A DNA stretch of 64,000 nt from Desulfurococcaceae archaeon (GCA_038888155.1 JAWAJB010000004.1:110186-174185), one strand, 5' to 3'; positions 30,365 through 41,057 are shown, counted from the stretch's first letter. Numbers and translations: made by a program. The notes: generated by a model not told the origin, from the letters alone.

Positions 30365-31441
30365 ATGTCATTTTTAAGGAAGAAGTTTAAGCTAGTTGCG
30401 CCTGAAGCAAGTGATCGTAAAGAAGTAAGGGTCTTGGGAGTAGAGTCCACTAGCCACACGTTGGGCATTGGCGTAGTTGAGTACGCGAATGGCGAGGTGG
30501 CGTTCCTAGCTAACGCGTTCAGTCAGTATAAACCGACTAGCGGAGGAATACACCCGCGCGAGTCGTTCGTCCACCACGTTAACGTAGCTCACGAAGTGCT
30601 CTCTACAGCAATTGAGGAAAGCGGGGTAAACATTGCTGACATTGACGTCTTTGCAGTAGCTGTAGGCCCAGGTCTTGGCCCCTGCCTGAGAGTGGGTGCC
30701 AGCCTAGCGCGGTTCTTGAGCGCATACCTCAACAAGCCTTTAGCACCGGTGAACCACGCTGTTGCGCATATTGAAATAGGCAAGCTTGTAAGCAGTATGA
30801 GGGACCCCCTAATTGTTTACATATCTGGAGGAAACACGATGATCGTAATACAGCGAGGACAACAGTACAGGGTATTCGGCGAGACGCTAGACATACCGCT
30901 CGGGAATCTGCTCGATTCTTTCGCTAGAGAGGTCGGCATTGCTCCTCCCTATACTGTAGGGGGAGATCACGCGATCGACATATGCTCAGAGTGGGGCGAA
31001 AGCTACATCTCCTTGCCGTATACAGTTAAAGGCTGCGATTTGAGCTTCTCGGGTTTGCTAACAGCTGCACTAAAGGTCGCGAAAACTGCTAGTAAGGACA
31101 GAAAAGCTCTTGGAAATGTCTGCATGAGCTTACGTGAAACTGCATTTAACATGCTTGTAGAAGTAACAGAGAGAGCATTAATGCTATCAAGTAAGGAGAG
31201 CATCCTCCTCGTAGGAGGTGTGGCGTCGAATAAGCTTCTACGCAGTAAAATGGAGCAAGTGGCGAGATTTCACGGAGTGAGGTATTACGGCACCCCTCCA
31301 GAGATAGCAGGCGATAATGGCCTTATGATCGCATACGCTGGTCTCTTGCACTACTTATGCGGAAAAGTGAGTAAGCCCGAAGAGGTTGCTGTTAGGCAGA
31401 GGCTTAGGCTAGACGAGGCTACATACCCATGGCTGGCTTAA
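30365..31441 (+). CDS. kae1: KEOPS t6A synthase Kae1
   Basis: GVESTSH, HAVAH, SGGNT, GGVASN, DNGLMIA. Confidence 0.97.
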   Translation: MSFLRKKFKLVAPEASDRKEVRVLGVESTSHTLGIGVVEYANGEVAFLANAFSQYKPTSGGIHPRESFVHHVNVAHEVLSTAIEESGVNIADIDVFAVAVGPGLGPCLRVGASLARFLSAYLNKPLAPVNHAVAHIEIGKLVSSMRDPLIVYISGGNTMIVIQRGQQYRVFGETLDIPLGNLLDSFAREVGIAPPYTVGGDHAIDICSEWGESYISLPYTVKGCDLSFSGLLTAALKVAKTASKDRKALGNVCMSLRETAFNMLVEVTERALMLSSKESILLVGGVASNKLLRSKMEQVARFHGVRYYGTPPEIAGDNGLMIAYAGLLHYLCGKVSKPEEVAVRQRLRLDEATYPWLA

Positions 31442-32115
31442 AGACCGCACTGCTAGCTCGCGGAGCAGAGGCTGAGGTCTACACAGCTGATATTCTAGGC
31501 TTAAGCGTTATTGTCAAGAAAAGAGTCAGCAAGCCGTATAGGAGCTCTCAGTTCGATAAAGCTTTCATTCAGTCAAGAACGAGGATTGAGGCGAGAATTC
31601 TATCAGAGCTGAGGAGCTCTGGTTTGAGAGTGCCTGCAGTGCTACTCGTAGACGACGAAAATGGGGTGATAGTAATGGAATACATTAAGGGCGAGAGGCT
31701 CTCGAACGTATTTAATGTGATGGAGAAAGAACAAGCTGTACAGGTAGCCAAGGAAGCAGGCTTATTTGCTGCCAGAATGCACAGCATGAACATATATCAC
31801 GGCGACTTCACTCTTGCAAATATTTTATTGAGTAGCGAAAACCAAGCCCTCTTCGTAATAGATTTCGGCCTCTCAGGCTACAGCACAGATATTGAGGAGT
31901 TTGCCATCGACTTGCACCTACTAATTAGGAGCGCGTATGTAATTAGCCCAGATACTGCTAGTGTTTTCGCAGATCAACTACTAGAGGAATACGCAAGAAA
32001 TTTCAGGGATGGGGGAAGCGATGTTATTAAAAGGGTAGTGGAGATACGTGCAAGGGGAAGGTACGTAGATAGAGAGCTTAGAAAGACAGCAATGAGGGAG
32101 AGGTATATTGGCTGA
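31429..32115 (+). CDS. bud32: KEOPS kinase Bud32
   Basis: GAEA, HGDFTLAN, IDFGL, RARGRY. Confidence 0.96.
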   Translation: MAGLKTALLARGAEAEVYTADILGLSVIVKKRVSKPYRSSQFDKAFIQSRTRIEARILSELRSSGLRVPAVLLVDDENGVIVMEYIKGERLSNVFNVMEKEQAVQVAKEAGLFAARMHSMNIYHGDFTLANILLSSENQALFVIDFGLSGYSTDIEEFAIDLHLLIRSAYVISPDTASVFADQLLEEYARNFRDGGSDVIKRVVEIRARGRYVDRELRKTAMRERYIG

Positions 32116-32671
32116 AGTCTGCTTTGTAACTAGCAACAAGCACAAGTACGAGGAAGTATTAGAGGTAGCTATCCCGCTAAACATTAAGCTTGATTACTGC
32201 GGGGACTTGAAGCTAGAGTTCCAGGGAATAGAGATAGAGGAAATAGTCGCTAAGTCAGCTATGCTAGCATATATCTACCTTAACAGGCCCGTCCTAGTTG
32301 AAGATGCTGGCCTATTCATAGATGCGCTCAACGGGTTTCCCGGTCCTTACAGCAGTTATGTGTACAAAACAATAGGCATAAGCGGGCTGCTCAAGCTGCT
32401 CCAAGGAGAAAGTAATAGAAAGGCTCACTTTAAGTCTGCAGCTGCTATTGCACTCAAAAACAAGCTACTGCTCGCCACTGGAGTAGTTTATGGGGAAATA
32501 ACGCACGAGCCGCGTGGAGTGCGCGGGTTCGGCTTTGATCCTATATTCGCGCCCGACGGCAAGGAAAAAACATTCGCCGAAATGAGCGTGCTAGAGAAAA
32601 ACCAATATAGCCATAGAGCTAAAGCTGTTAGCAGAGTATTCAAAGAGTATTTAAATTTAACTTCTACTTAA
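32108..32671 (+). CDS. rdgB: XTP/dITP pyrophosphatase (RdgB/HAM1)
   Basis: TSNKHK, EDAGL, GFGFDPIF, SHRAKA. Confidence 0.96.
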   Translation: MAEVCFVTSNKHKYEEVLEVAIPLNIKLDYCGDLKLEFQGIEIEEIVAKSAMLAYIYLNRPVLVEDAGLFIDALNGFPGPYSSYVYKTIGISGLLKLLQGESNRKAHFKSAAAIALKNKLLLATGVVYGEITHEPRGVRGFGFDPIFAPDGKEKTFAEMSVLEKNQYSHRAKAVSRVFKEYLNLTST

Positions 32672-32735
32672 AAGCGAGTAATCATAATTTATAAGGCTTG
32701 GATAATATTCAACGTGAAGAGAAGGTGATAAAAGC

Positions 32736-33224
32736 ATGAACAAGAGGAGAGATAAAGGGCAATCGCACTCAACGAGGCCAGCGAGAGCGGGCCCTCCCCG
32801 CTGGCTTAAGCTAGACATGAGCCCCAGCGATATAGAGCTGCTCGTAGTTGAGCTAGCCAAAAAAGGCTATCCCCCCTCTATGATAGGCGTTATCTTGAGG
32901 GATCAGTTTGGCATCCCATTGGTTAGACAGGTAATAGGAAAGAAAGTCGGAGATGTACTAGGAAAGTACAACATCAAGTTAACGATACCAGAGGACTTAT
33001 TCAACTTAATGAAGAAGGCTGCCAACCTGAGAAGGCACTTAGAAGAGCACCCAAAGGACTACCACAGCGAGCGGGGTCTAATAGAGGTGGAGTCCAAGAT
33101 CCACAGGCTAGCTAAGTACTACAAGGAGAGCGGCAAGTTGCCAGCAGATTGGAGGTATGATCCAGACATGGCCAAGCTCATAATTTCCACGGGACTTTAT
33201 AAGCTCTCAGAGACAACGCAGTAG
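32736..33224 (+). CDS. rps15: 30S ribosomal protein S15/S13e
   Basis: [27 protein letters not shown]. Confidence 0.98.
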   Translation: MNKRRDKGQSHSTRPARAGPPRWLKLDMSPSDIELLVVELAKKGYPPSMIGVILRDQFGIPLVRQVIGKKVGDVLGKYNIKLTIPEDLFNLMKKAANLRRHLEEHPKDYHSERGLIEVESKIHRLAKYYKESGKLPADWRYDPDMAKLIISTGLYKLSETTQ

Positions 33225-33281
33225 GGATCGCCACGATAAAGCTTATGTCTCGGAGCCCCTGTATATGAGTATGGTGGTTCT

Positions 33282-34412
33282 TTGTTTCATTCTGAGCTCC
33301 CTAGCTTCATTGAGACGTACAAGAGCTTCACCATAGTGCCAGATACTTCCTTAGACTCCCTCATTGCAGCGGGAATTTTGTTTAAGAAGCTCTCAGAGCA
33401 CGGCTTTGACGTGAGCATATCATTGAACGCAAAGCTGCTCTTAGATTACCGGGATGACCCAGCAATAGTTATAAATATCCCCCCGGTGAACAAGCAGAAA
33501 CACGTCTACTTGGGAACAAGCGATAAAAGCTCTGTTTCAGCGCAAGTGACATACCTGCTTGATGAACTAATGGGCATGGACGTATGGGATAAAGAGCTCT
33601 CCATTATTGCTGGGCTGTACAGGGGTCTTTATGACGTCAAATCGGGGGTTTTTACAGGAATTGAGGATGTCTTCCTAAAGGAGCTAATAAGCAACAAGGC
33701 TATCTACGAGGTGACAGGGCTTAGATTGTGGGGGGCTAAGAGAAGGGGAATCGTGAGTGCCCTAACAAGAACACTTCTCCCTTACATACCTGGAGTGTCG
33801 GGAAACGCCGATGTCTCAGTAAAGCTGGTATCGGAAGTCTACAAAGGAGTTGACCCCTACACTATTAGGCAGAAAGAACTGACTGGGGACAGGGATAAAG
33901 ACTCGCTGTTTACCCTCATAAAAATTATAGTCGACAGCACTAAAGACCCGCAACTAGCATTTAAGCTAATAGGAGACTTCTACGTGTCAATCCCAGGCTT
34001 AAGTGAAGCTGCTGATCTGGAGGCCCACGAAGTTATGGGAAGCCTCGTTGTCTATGAAAGTATATGTGAAAACTGTCCGCTAGATCTAGCGCTTCTGCCA
34101 ATTGAAAGATCTATTTTGCCCCAAGTTATATGTATATATGATGAAGTGGCAGATCAGGTGGCCCTTCACGTGTCATCGCAGCTAGACAGCGTAACTAAGG
34201 GAGGCTCTATTGAGAGCAACGACATCTTTAAGCGCCCCGATTTAATTGTCGACATACTGCAGTACATGAACGCTCTACCGCCAGGCCGAGTAATTAAGTT
34301 ATCTGCCGATCAAGGCTATATTACGTCTCTCCGCGAACTGATTAGAGCAGGCGTCAAGCCAGAAGAGGCCTACACTGCTTGCGGGGATAACCAGTTATGC
34401 CCTGTGGAGTAG
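33282..34412 (+). CDS. Degenerate DHH/RecJ-like protein
   Basis: Occupies the conserved DHH slot between rps15 and pcc1; retains the PYIPGVSGN core but no DxD/DHH motifs. Confidence 0.6.
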   Translation: MFHSELPSFIETYKSFTIVPDTSLDSLIAAGILFKKLSEHGFDVSISLNAKLLLDYRDDPAIVINIPPVNKQKHVYLGTSDKSSVSAQVTYLLDELMGMDVWDKELSIIAGLYRGLYDVKSGVFTGIEDVFLKELISNKAIYEVTGLRLWGAKRRGIVSALTRTLLPYIPGVSGNADVSVKLVSEVYKGVDPYTIRQKELTGDRDKDSLFTLIKIIVDSTKDPQLAFKLIGDFYVSIPGLSEAADLEAHEVMGSLVVYESICENCPLDLALLPIERSILPQVICIYDEVADQVALHVSSQLDSVTKGGSIESNDIFKRPDLIVDILQYMNALPPGRVIKLSADQGYITSLRELIRAGVKPEEAYTACGDNQLCPVE

Positions 34413-34702
34413 ATACAACGATTACGATCAGCACAGGTGATTTAGACTTATTGAGCTCTCTACGTAGAGCACTAGGTCCCGATAATAGAGAGGTTGCACC
34501 CAACATGAGCATTGAGGAGCTCTTAGAGACAGACGGGGAAAAGCCCTCTTACTCGATTAGAATAAAGGTTCGAGGAAATACCGCAGATTCCTTGAAGAGG
34601 GCTAGATCCAGCGTTGATGAGATCCTAGCCATCGTTGACCTTTTGCTCAAAGTGAAATCGCGATGTTTTAAAGGGAAGGAGCCCAGCGGACAACTTATTT
34701 AA
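34397..34702 (+). CDS. KEOPS subunit Pcc1 family
   Basis: ALGPDN, LKRARSSVDEIL; position before rps3ae. Confidence 0.75.
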   Translation: MPCGVDTTITISTGDLDLLSSLRRALGPDNREVAPNMSIEELLETDGEKPSYSIRIKVRGNTADSLKRARSSVDEILAIVDLLLKVKSRCFKGKEPSGQLI

Positions 34703-34779
34703 TGGGGGAAACATTTAATAATCCTTTTAAGAAGTAAATAGCTATCTCAGTAGTAGGATAAGAGAGGTGCCTAGTAAGC

Positions 34780-35427
34780 TTGTCTACACGGCCTGTTGTT
34801 AGAGATAGGTGGAAAGTAAAGAAATGGTACGAAGTCTTAGCCCCAGAGTCCTTTGGGAGAATTAGCCTCGGCACTATTCCTTCCGACGACCCCGATAAGC
34901 TCATTGGCAGAGTTATCGAGACAACCCTGTACGACATTACAGGCGATATTTCACAGGTTCACGTTAAGATGTATTTTCAAATAATAAGCGTCGAGGGAGG
35001 CAAAGCCCTCACGAGGTTTAAGGGTCACGAGCTGGCTAGGGATTACGTTAGAAGCTTGATTCGGAGAAAAAGCAGCAAGATACAGGGCATATACGATGTA
35101 AAGACTAAAGACGGCTACTATATCAGGGTTACGGTAATAATTCTCACAAGCTACAAGTGTAAAACGAGCCAGAAACAGGCTATTAGGAGGGCTGCAATGG
35201 AGCTTGTTACTCAAAAAGCCTCAGAGCTCTCATTTGATGAGTTCGCTCAGGATGTCCTCAGAGGTAACTTATCTAATGAAATTGCCGAGCGCACTAGAAA
35301 GATATACCCAGTTAGGAGAGTGGAGATATATAAAACCAAGTTGCAAATGATACCTACCCCTGATGGACCTAAACCTGCAGTAGTCATATCTCCAGTGCAG
35401 CTAAAACGCCAACAGGCCAGCAGATAA
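34780..35427 (+). CDS. rps3ae: 30S ribosomal protein S3ae
   Basis: DRWKVKKWYEVLAP, GRVIETTLYDITGD. Confidence 0.97.
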   Translation: MSTRPVVRDRWKVKKWYEVLAPESFGRISLGTIPSDDPDKLIGRVIETTLYDITGDISQVHVKMYFQIISVEGGKALTRFKGHELARDYVRSLIRRKSSKIQGIYDVKTKDGYYIRVTVIILTSYKCKTSQKQAIRRAAMELVTQKASELSFDEFAQDVLRGNLSNEIAERTRKIYPVRRVEIYKTKLQMIPTPDGPKPAVVISPVQLKRQQASR

Positions 35428-35703
35428 AGCCTCATGTGAGATTGGCGTATAAAGGGAGTTTAAGCTCCTAATTTACTATTTAGGTTCTCAATTAAGCGTT
35501 CTACCAGCAGATAGTGCCTCCTAGCAAATTAAGCAGCTTATGTTCAGGGGTTACATAACTCACTTTACGAGATTTTCAATAAATTAGTTATTTGAAATCG
35601 CGCTAGAAATACGCTGTAGTATCCAGCGCGAAACGAGCATGAATAATTAATTAGCTTGCCTTTCGGTTGTTTTTACGTGGTATAAGTTAGGGGGTTTAAG
35701 ATC

Positions 35704-36945
35704 GTGAAGGCTATACTGCTGGCTGCTGGAGAGGGCACGAGGTTGCGACCTATCACTGAAACTCGCCCCAAACCTATGATCCCCATTTTATGTAGGCCGC
35801 TAATAGATTGGCACCTTAGTGCTCTACTCAACTCAGGTGTAGAGGAGGTAATTGTAGTTGTAAGCTACATGAGAGATCACGTCAAGAAGTACATAGAGCA
35901 GAAACAGCAGTTTAATGGAAAGGTGAGATTTGTTTTCCAAGAGGAACCTAGGGGAACTGGAGATGCAGCAATAAAGGCCAGCGAAGTGATAGGGCCTGGC
36001 GAAGACGTTATAGTTCTTTACTCAGATATTTTCTTAGATGACTGGAGCACTCTGAGCACTGTAGGGAGTACTGAGAGCCAGGCTATTGTAGGAGTTATCC
36101 ACGAGAGGCCGCAGGACTATGGCGTTATATTCACGAGAGGATCTCGCCTCGACAAAGTCGTCGAGAAACCCAGCGCGCCTGCATCGAACATAATCAACGC
36201 AGGGATTTACAGGCTTAACACAAGCGACATCCTAGAGAACAGAGCAGTCCCCGTAAGCCCGCGAGGAGAAATAGAGCTAACTGATATCGTAAATAGAATA
36301 GCCACTGAGAAACCAATAACTGTTGTAACTCACACTAGTAAGTGGATAGATATTGGTAAACCGTGGCATGTAATAGAGGCAAATAAAGTCGCGCTCAGTA
36401 AAGTTAACCGCGCAATTAAGGGCACATTAAACGAGCCCGTCAACATCAAGGGCAATGTATACGTTGACGAGCGCTCTACTATACACCCCTTTACAAGCGT
36501 TGAAGGGCCGGCCTACATAGGACCGGGAGTCGAGATCGGGCCAAGCGCTTACATTAGGCCGTGGAGTGTTATCTGCGATGGCTCCAAAATAGGTTTTTCT
36601 GTAGAAGTAAAGGAGAGCATACTGCTTGAAAATATTCACGTTCACCACCTAGCTTATATAGGCGATAGCATTATCTGCGAAGGCGTTAACCTTGGCGCCG
36701 GAACTGTGCTAGCCAATTTGAGGTTCGATGAAAAACCAGTTAAGATGACCATAAAGGGAGCGCTCGAGGACACTGGTAGAAGAAAGATGGGGGCTGTAAT
36801 AGGAGCTGGGGTTAAAACTGGCATTAACGTATCTATAATGCCCGGCGTGAAAATAGGGTCCTACAGTTGGATAATGCCTGGCACAGTGGTCTATAGAGAT
36901 GTGCCCTCAAACACAATATATCCCCCTAAAGCAATAGTGAGATAG
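35704..36945 (+). CDS. Bifunctional sugar-1-phosphate nucleotidyltransferase/acetyltransferase (GlmU-like)
   Basis: LAAGEGTRLRP..PKPM, EKP, left-handed beta-helix repeats. Confidence 0.9.
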   Translation: MKAILLAAGEGTRLRPITETRPKPMIPILCRPLIDWHLSALLNSGVEEVIVVVSYMRDHVKKYIEQKQQFNGKVRFVFQEEPRGTGDAAIKASEVIGPGEDVIVLYSDIFLDDWSTLSTVGSTESQAIVGVIHERPQDYGVIFTRGSRLDKVVEKPSAPASNIINAGIYRLNTSDILENRAVPVSPRGEIELTDIVNRIATEKPITVVTHTSKWIDIGKPWHVIEANKVALSKVNRAIKGTLNEPVNIKGNVYVDERSTIHPFTSVEGPAYIGPGVEIGPSAYIRPWSVICDGSKIGFSVEVKESILLENIHVHHLAYIGDSIICEGVNLGAGTVLANLRFDEKPVKMTIKGALEDTGRRKMGAVIGAGVKTGINVSIMPGVKIGSYSWIMPGTVVYRDVPSNTIYPPKAIVR

Positions 36946-36948
36946 GGA

Positions 36949-37341
36949 ATGAAAACCGTGTCCCAGGAGTTCGACTTAGAGGAATTCAAGAAGAGGTTTC
37001 CCAAGCTAGCTGAAGAAATCTTCGGCGACAAGGGAGACCAGCCCAATCAAATCAAGCTTACAGTTGACGTTGAGGCGCTCGACCCCTGGAGAGGGTATAT
37101 TCCAACTTCCGTGGATTACATAAGGAGGTGCAACACCGTTGAAGAGGCGAATGAAGTTATTGACTACCTCCTCAGAAGAGGCGAGCTTTCTGAGCCAGAA
37201 GCAGAGAAGCTGAGGGAGATTCTCAGGAGAGGAGGTATAGATGCCTTTGGCGGAAAGAAAGAGGACAACTACTACTATAAACAAGCTAAGCGCTACTGGA
37301 GCATGATTAGAAAGCTAATTGACCAAGAAGCAGAGGCGTAA
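36949..37341 (+). CDS. DUF2095 family protein
   Basis: EFKKRFPKLAEE, PTSVDYIRRC.T.EEA.EVI, FGGKKE..YY. Confidence 0.75.
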   Translation: MKTVSQEFDLEEFKKRFPKLAEEIFGDKGDQPNQIKLTVDVEALDPWRGYIPTSVDYIRRCNTVEEANEVIDYLLRRGELSEPEAEKLREILRRGGIDAFGGKKEDNYYYKQAKRYWSMIRKLIDQEAEA

Positions 37342-37346
37342 GCTGA

Positions 37347-38576
37347 CTACTTTGATTTTGCTGCTACTATTTTTATCACATCATTGTCTCCGAGAACATA
37401 GGATTCCCCAACGCGCTTCTTCTTCACTGCATCTAGTGCATATAGGAAGCCCTCGCCTAGATCTGTATGAATCATATATGCGAGCTCCCTAGCTGTGGTC
37501 CCTTGCTCCACTAAGTAGGCATCAGGAAGTACATTCCCGTAATGATCTACATACTTGTTTTCATCCTCTACTGGGTAAACTGTAATCATCTTCAGCTTGT
37601 TTAGAATTGCCCTTCTGAGTAGCTCCTCAACGCCCGTTGAGCCGTACACCTTCATAACGCTGTCCCTAATAAGATCAAGGGCCTTGATGTGCTCTCGCGT
37701 TAACTTTTCGGGCGGCGCTTTAACTTCAAAATCAACGTCCCCGGGCAGGTACTCTAGGATCCCAGATTGGCTTGCTCTCCTGAGGATGAGCTCGGCTAGC
37801 GCGCTAACGGGAACAACGTTTTCAGCGCCGAACTTCTGCACTAGCCTCTTAACGTTCTCTACTGCTTCTGGGTAATCAACTTTATTAGCAGCTATTAAGA
37901 TTGGCTTTGAAGCCTCGCGCAGTTTGACAGCAAACCTCTCTATGTCCAAGTTTCCCCATAGCTTAGGGTGCTTTGAGTCAAGCTCAGCGCGCTTAATTGC
38001 CTCTACAACGTGCTTCCTCTTAATGCTTATTCCCGATAAGCTCTGGTAAATTAAATCGACGGGGTTCTGGGCAGTAGACACCGATTTAGCAATTTTTGAG
38101 CTCCAAACCCTCATGACAACGCCCTTAAACCACTCATTTATCTCTGCAAGAATGAGCTCGGCCTCTGCGGCTGGATCATGCGTTCCAGGTTTGCTTTTAT
38201 TTCCCTCTAAGTCCGTTGATCCAGATGCATCTACTATGTGAATTAAAACGTCTGCCTGCCGCAAGTCATCCATGAACTTGTTTCCAAGTCCCCTACCTTT
38301 ACTTGCGCCGGGTATGAGCCCAGCAACATCAATTACCTTTACTGGAATGAACCTAGAGCCCTTTGCGCATAGCCCGCTACGAGGATTGCAGCCCTGAAGC
38401 CCTAATTTAACGTGAGCGCAGTCTCTCCTCACGTAGGATACCCCTACGTTTGGCTCAATTGTTGTGAACGGGTGGTCAGCTATTTTAACTGGTATGAGCG
38501 TCATGGCAGCGAAAAGGGTTGATTTGCCTACATTTGTTTTGCCTACAATACCAATGAGCTTTTCAGGTGGTGGCAT
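37347..38576 (-). CDS. ychF: YchF/Obg-family ATPase (TGS domain)
   Basis: GKTNVGKST, PFTTIEPN, DVAGL, IHTDL. Confidence 0.93.
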   Translation of the reverse strand: MPPPEKLIGIVGKTNVGKSTLFAAMTLIPVKIADHPFTTIEPNVGVSYVRRDCAHVKLGLQGCNPRSGLCAKGSRFIPVKVIDVAGLIPGASKGRGLGNKFMDDLRQADVLIHIVDASGSTDLEGNKSKPGTHDPAAEAELILAEINEWFKGVVMRVWSSKIAKSVSTAQNPVDLIYQSLSGISIKRKHVVEAIKRAELDSKHPKLWGNLDIERFAVKLREASKPILIAANKVDYPEAVENVKRLVQKFGAENVVPVSALAELILRRASQSGILEYLPGDVDFEVKAPPEKLTREHIKALDLIRDSVMKVYGSTGVEELLRRAILNKLKMITVYPVEDENKYVDHYGNVLPDAYLVEQGTTARELAYMIHTDLGEGFLYALDAVKKKRVGESYVLGDNDVIKIVAAKSK

Positions 38577-38641
38577 TTTTATAGCCCCTCTTTATAACCC
38601 TCTTTTAGTGATTTAAGTACATTTAGAATGGTGTTGCTAAA

Positions 38642-39307
38642 ATGGCCCAGGGATTATATTATCACCTAGCTGAGACTTGGAAGAAAATTTACAGCGGAGA
38701 AGAGATACAGGCATTGAGGCAGAAGCTACTAGAGTGGAGGAAAGCCCCATCGGTCGTTAGAGTGGAGAGGCCAACGCGCCTAGATAGAGCTAGGGAACTT
38801 GGGTACAAAGCAAAAGTAGGATTTGTAGTGGTTAGAGTTAGAGTCAGGAAAGGCGGACAGAGAAAATCTAGGCCGAATACAGGCAGAAGACCTAAGAGAA
38901 TGGGTGTTTACGGGTATGCTCCAGCTAAAAGCCTCAAGTTAATTGCTGAGGAGAGGGCTGCGAGGAAGTACAGAAACCTCGAAGTGCTGAACAGCTACTA
39001 TGTCGGTGAAGACGGCAGGTACAAGTGGTACGAAGTTATATTAGTAGATAGTAGCCACCCAGCTGTGTGCAGGGATCCTGAGGTTAAGTGGGTCTGCGAG
39101 CCTCAAAACCGCGGAAGAGCGCACAGAGGCTTGACAAGCTCAGGTAAGAAAATGAGAGGGCTGAGGAAGAGCCGAGGTTTGCGGAACACGACTTACTACA
39201 AGTGGAAAAAGAAGCAAAAAGAGAGAGCTCTTGGGATTCGTCATGAGGCTAGTAGAGGAGCTCATGAACTATGGCAAGCCGCAGCGAAGCTGAGAGAAGA
39301 AAAGTAG
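38642..39307 (+). CDS. rpl15e: 50S ribosomal protein L15e
   Basis: [35 protein letters not shown]. Confidence 0.98.
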   Translation: MAQGLYYHLAETWKKIYSGEEIQALRQKLLEWRKAPSVVRVERPTRLDRARELGYKAKVGFVVVRVRVRKGGQRKSRPNTGRRPKRMGVYGYAPAKSLKLIAEERAARKYRNLEVLNSYYVGEDGRYKWYEVILVDSSHPAVCRDPEVKWVCEPQNRGRAHRGLTSSGKKMRGLRKSRGLRNTTYYKWKKKQKERALGIRHEASRGAHELWQAAAKLREEK

Positions 39308-39750
39308 ATGTATCATACCTCGAGGCAGCCGCTCTATGCCACGCTACTGAAGAATGTTCTCGCGTCGAGGAGTCAGTGAGAAGGATTTTTCCTCCCGAAC
39401 TCAGGGAGGCCGTTGAACTAGAGATAGCCCATATGGATGGGTACTACGGAAACCCAATAAGTGTTATTACGGCGAGACTAAACAACAGCCAGCAGGTCCA
39501 TTTAACGCTCAAACACGTCTCTGAGGCGTTAGACCCCCTCGAGAAAGCAATTCTCAGGACGACGTTCGAGATGAGGTATGATCACAAGAGTAAAAAACTC
39601 GTAGTGAGGTTCTCCAAGCAAGATCTTTACTTAGGCAAGCTCAAGATCCACGACTCCGACGATGTAGTTAAGGTAATAATAGGTTTAAAGAATGCTAAGA
39701 GTTTGTCCGACGCCATTAACTTCTTCAGCTTTTGTGGTTTACTCTCTTAG
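39271..39750 (+). CDS. RNA-binding protein (DUF54/COG1325-like)
   Basis: HATE, GYYGNPI, RFSKQ; exosome superoperon slot. Confidence 0.85.
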   Translation: MASRSEAERRKVDVSYLEAAALCHATEECSRVEESVRRIFPPELREAVELEIAHMDGYYGNPISVITARLNNSQQVHLTLKHVSEALDPLEKAILRTTFEMRYDHKSKKLVVRFSKQDLYLGKLKIHDSDDVVKVIIGLKNAKSLSDAINFFSFCGLLS

Positions 39751-39767
39751 CTTCAAGGTGCACAAAG

Positions 39768-40385
39768 TTGGCTCGCGTGTTCACAGACATATACGTCAAG
39801 AACTGCACCGATATTCTCCTAAAGAATGCCTGGAGACTGGGGTACTCGAGCATCCTCTGCGAGGGCGGTGAATTTCAGAAAGCTGGAGACACTAGGATAA
39901 GAGCAGTCAAGAAAATTATAGTAAATGCAGAGACTTCCTCTAAGCTTAAATCTCAGCTGAGGAGCATAGATTACATCAACACGTTCATTACAGTGCACCC
40001 CCTGAGCATAGATGTTGCAAGGTGGTCTGCGCACGACACTAGGGTAGATAGCATATTAATGACTCCCAGCAATATGAAGTTCTTTGATAAGAAGCAGTTG
40101 AGCATAATGAAGTACTACGCCAAACCCCTTGAAGTACACTTGCCCTACTTAATTCACAGCGATGGCTATATAAGGGGCGCGCTGTATAGGAAACTAAACC
40201 TGTTTGTTAGTGGGAGAGCGGCACTCCTGCTGGGATCAGCTGCTGAGCATTGGGTGGACATGTATCCCCCTATTTCAATAATCAAGTTCCTGCTCACACA
40301 GTACGATATACCCGAGGACTTTTCCCGCACTTCGCTAACTGATACTCCTAGACACGTAATTACTAATAAGGCAGGGCCTCTGTAA
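39768..40385 (+). CDS. rnp3: RNase P subunit Rpp30
   Basis: RLGYS N-terminus, PHP-like; position before Pop5; TTG after AGGTG SD. Confidence 0.8.
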   Translation: MARVFTDIYVKNCTDILLKNAWRLGYSSILCEGGEFQKAGDTRIRAVKKIIVNAETSSKLKSQLRSIDYINTFITVHPLSIDVARWSAHDTRVDSILMTPSNMKFFDKKQLSIMKYYAKPLEVHLPYLIHSDGYIRGALYRKLNLFVSGRAALLLGSAAEHWVDMYPPISIIKFLLTQYDIPEDFSRTSLTDTPRHVITNKAGPL

Positions 40386-40843
40386 TGGTGGACATACTCA
40401 CCTCAATTGCCCTAATTGTATCTGCTTGCTTGCTAATAACTTCGTTGTTGTTGATGAAGAAGGCAGCTAAGATGTACAGGGCCCTGAGCGCTCTCCTAAC
40501 TCCGAGAAAAGTAAGCGCAAAGAAAGTGAGGAAAAGGTACATAGTTTTTGCAGTTATCTGCGAAAGCAAGGCGACCCCAGATGGGGTGCACAAGGCAATT
40601 GAGCAGACCTTCCTCGAGCACTACGGCAGAGGAACTTTCCATAGAGCGTCGCCCTACCTCATGCTATTTGATGAGGCGTCCCAGAGGGGTATTTACAGGG
40701 TATCTCACATGTTTGTAGATCATATGCTTGCCTCTATGGGGTTAGTGAAGAAAATTGACGAGAACAAGTGCATAGTTATGCCCCTTCGGACGACAGGTTC
40801 GCTTAAAAGGGCACAGAAATACGTGAAGAAGCCAAGGCCGTAG
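40385..40843 (+). CDS. rnp2: RNase P subunit Pop5 with hydrophobic N-terminal extension
   Basis: RKRYIVF, RTTGSLKRA. Confidence 0.88.
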   Translation: MVDILTSIALIVSACLLITSLLLMKKAAKMYRALSALLTPRKVSAKKVRKRYIVFAVICESKATPDGVHKAIEQTFLEHYGRGTFHRASPYLMLFDEASQRGIYRVSHMFVDHMLASMGLVKKIDENKCIVMPLRTTGSLKRAQKYVKKPRP

Positions 40844-40873
40844 AAACAAATAATATCCTCTATCTGCGTTGTT

Positions 40874-40933
40874 GTGCTAGATGATGATGCCGCTCCAAAA
40901 TGAAGAGTGATTTATTCGCGACGAGCTGAGCAC
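40874..40933 (+). ncRNA. Box C/D methylation-guide sRNA
   Basis: GTGC stem, C ATGATGA, 12-nt guide, D' ATGA, C' GTGATTT, 12-nt guide, D CTGA, GCAC stem. Confidence 0.85.
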
Positions 40934-40969
40934 GTTTTAAATCCCCTTATGAAGTATTTTGAAAACAGA

Positions 40970-41057
<88 letters not shown>

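Noticed and set aside
35428-35703. Intergenic hairpins (TCGCGCT/AGCGCGA) and a lone CTGA on the minus strand
   Set aside because: No complete C/D layout, ORF or repeat array
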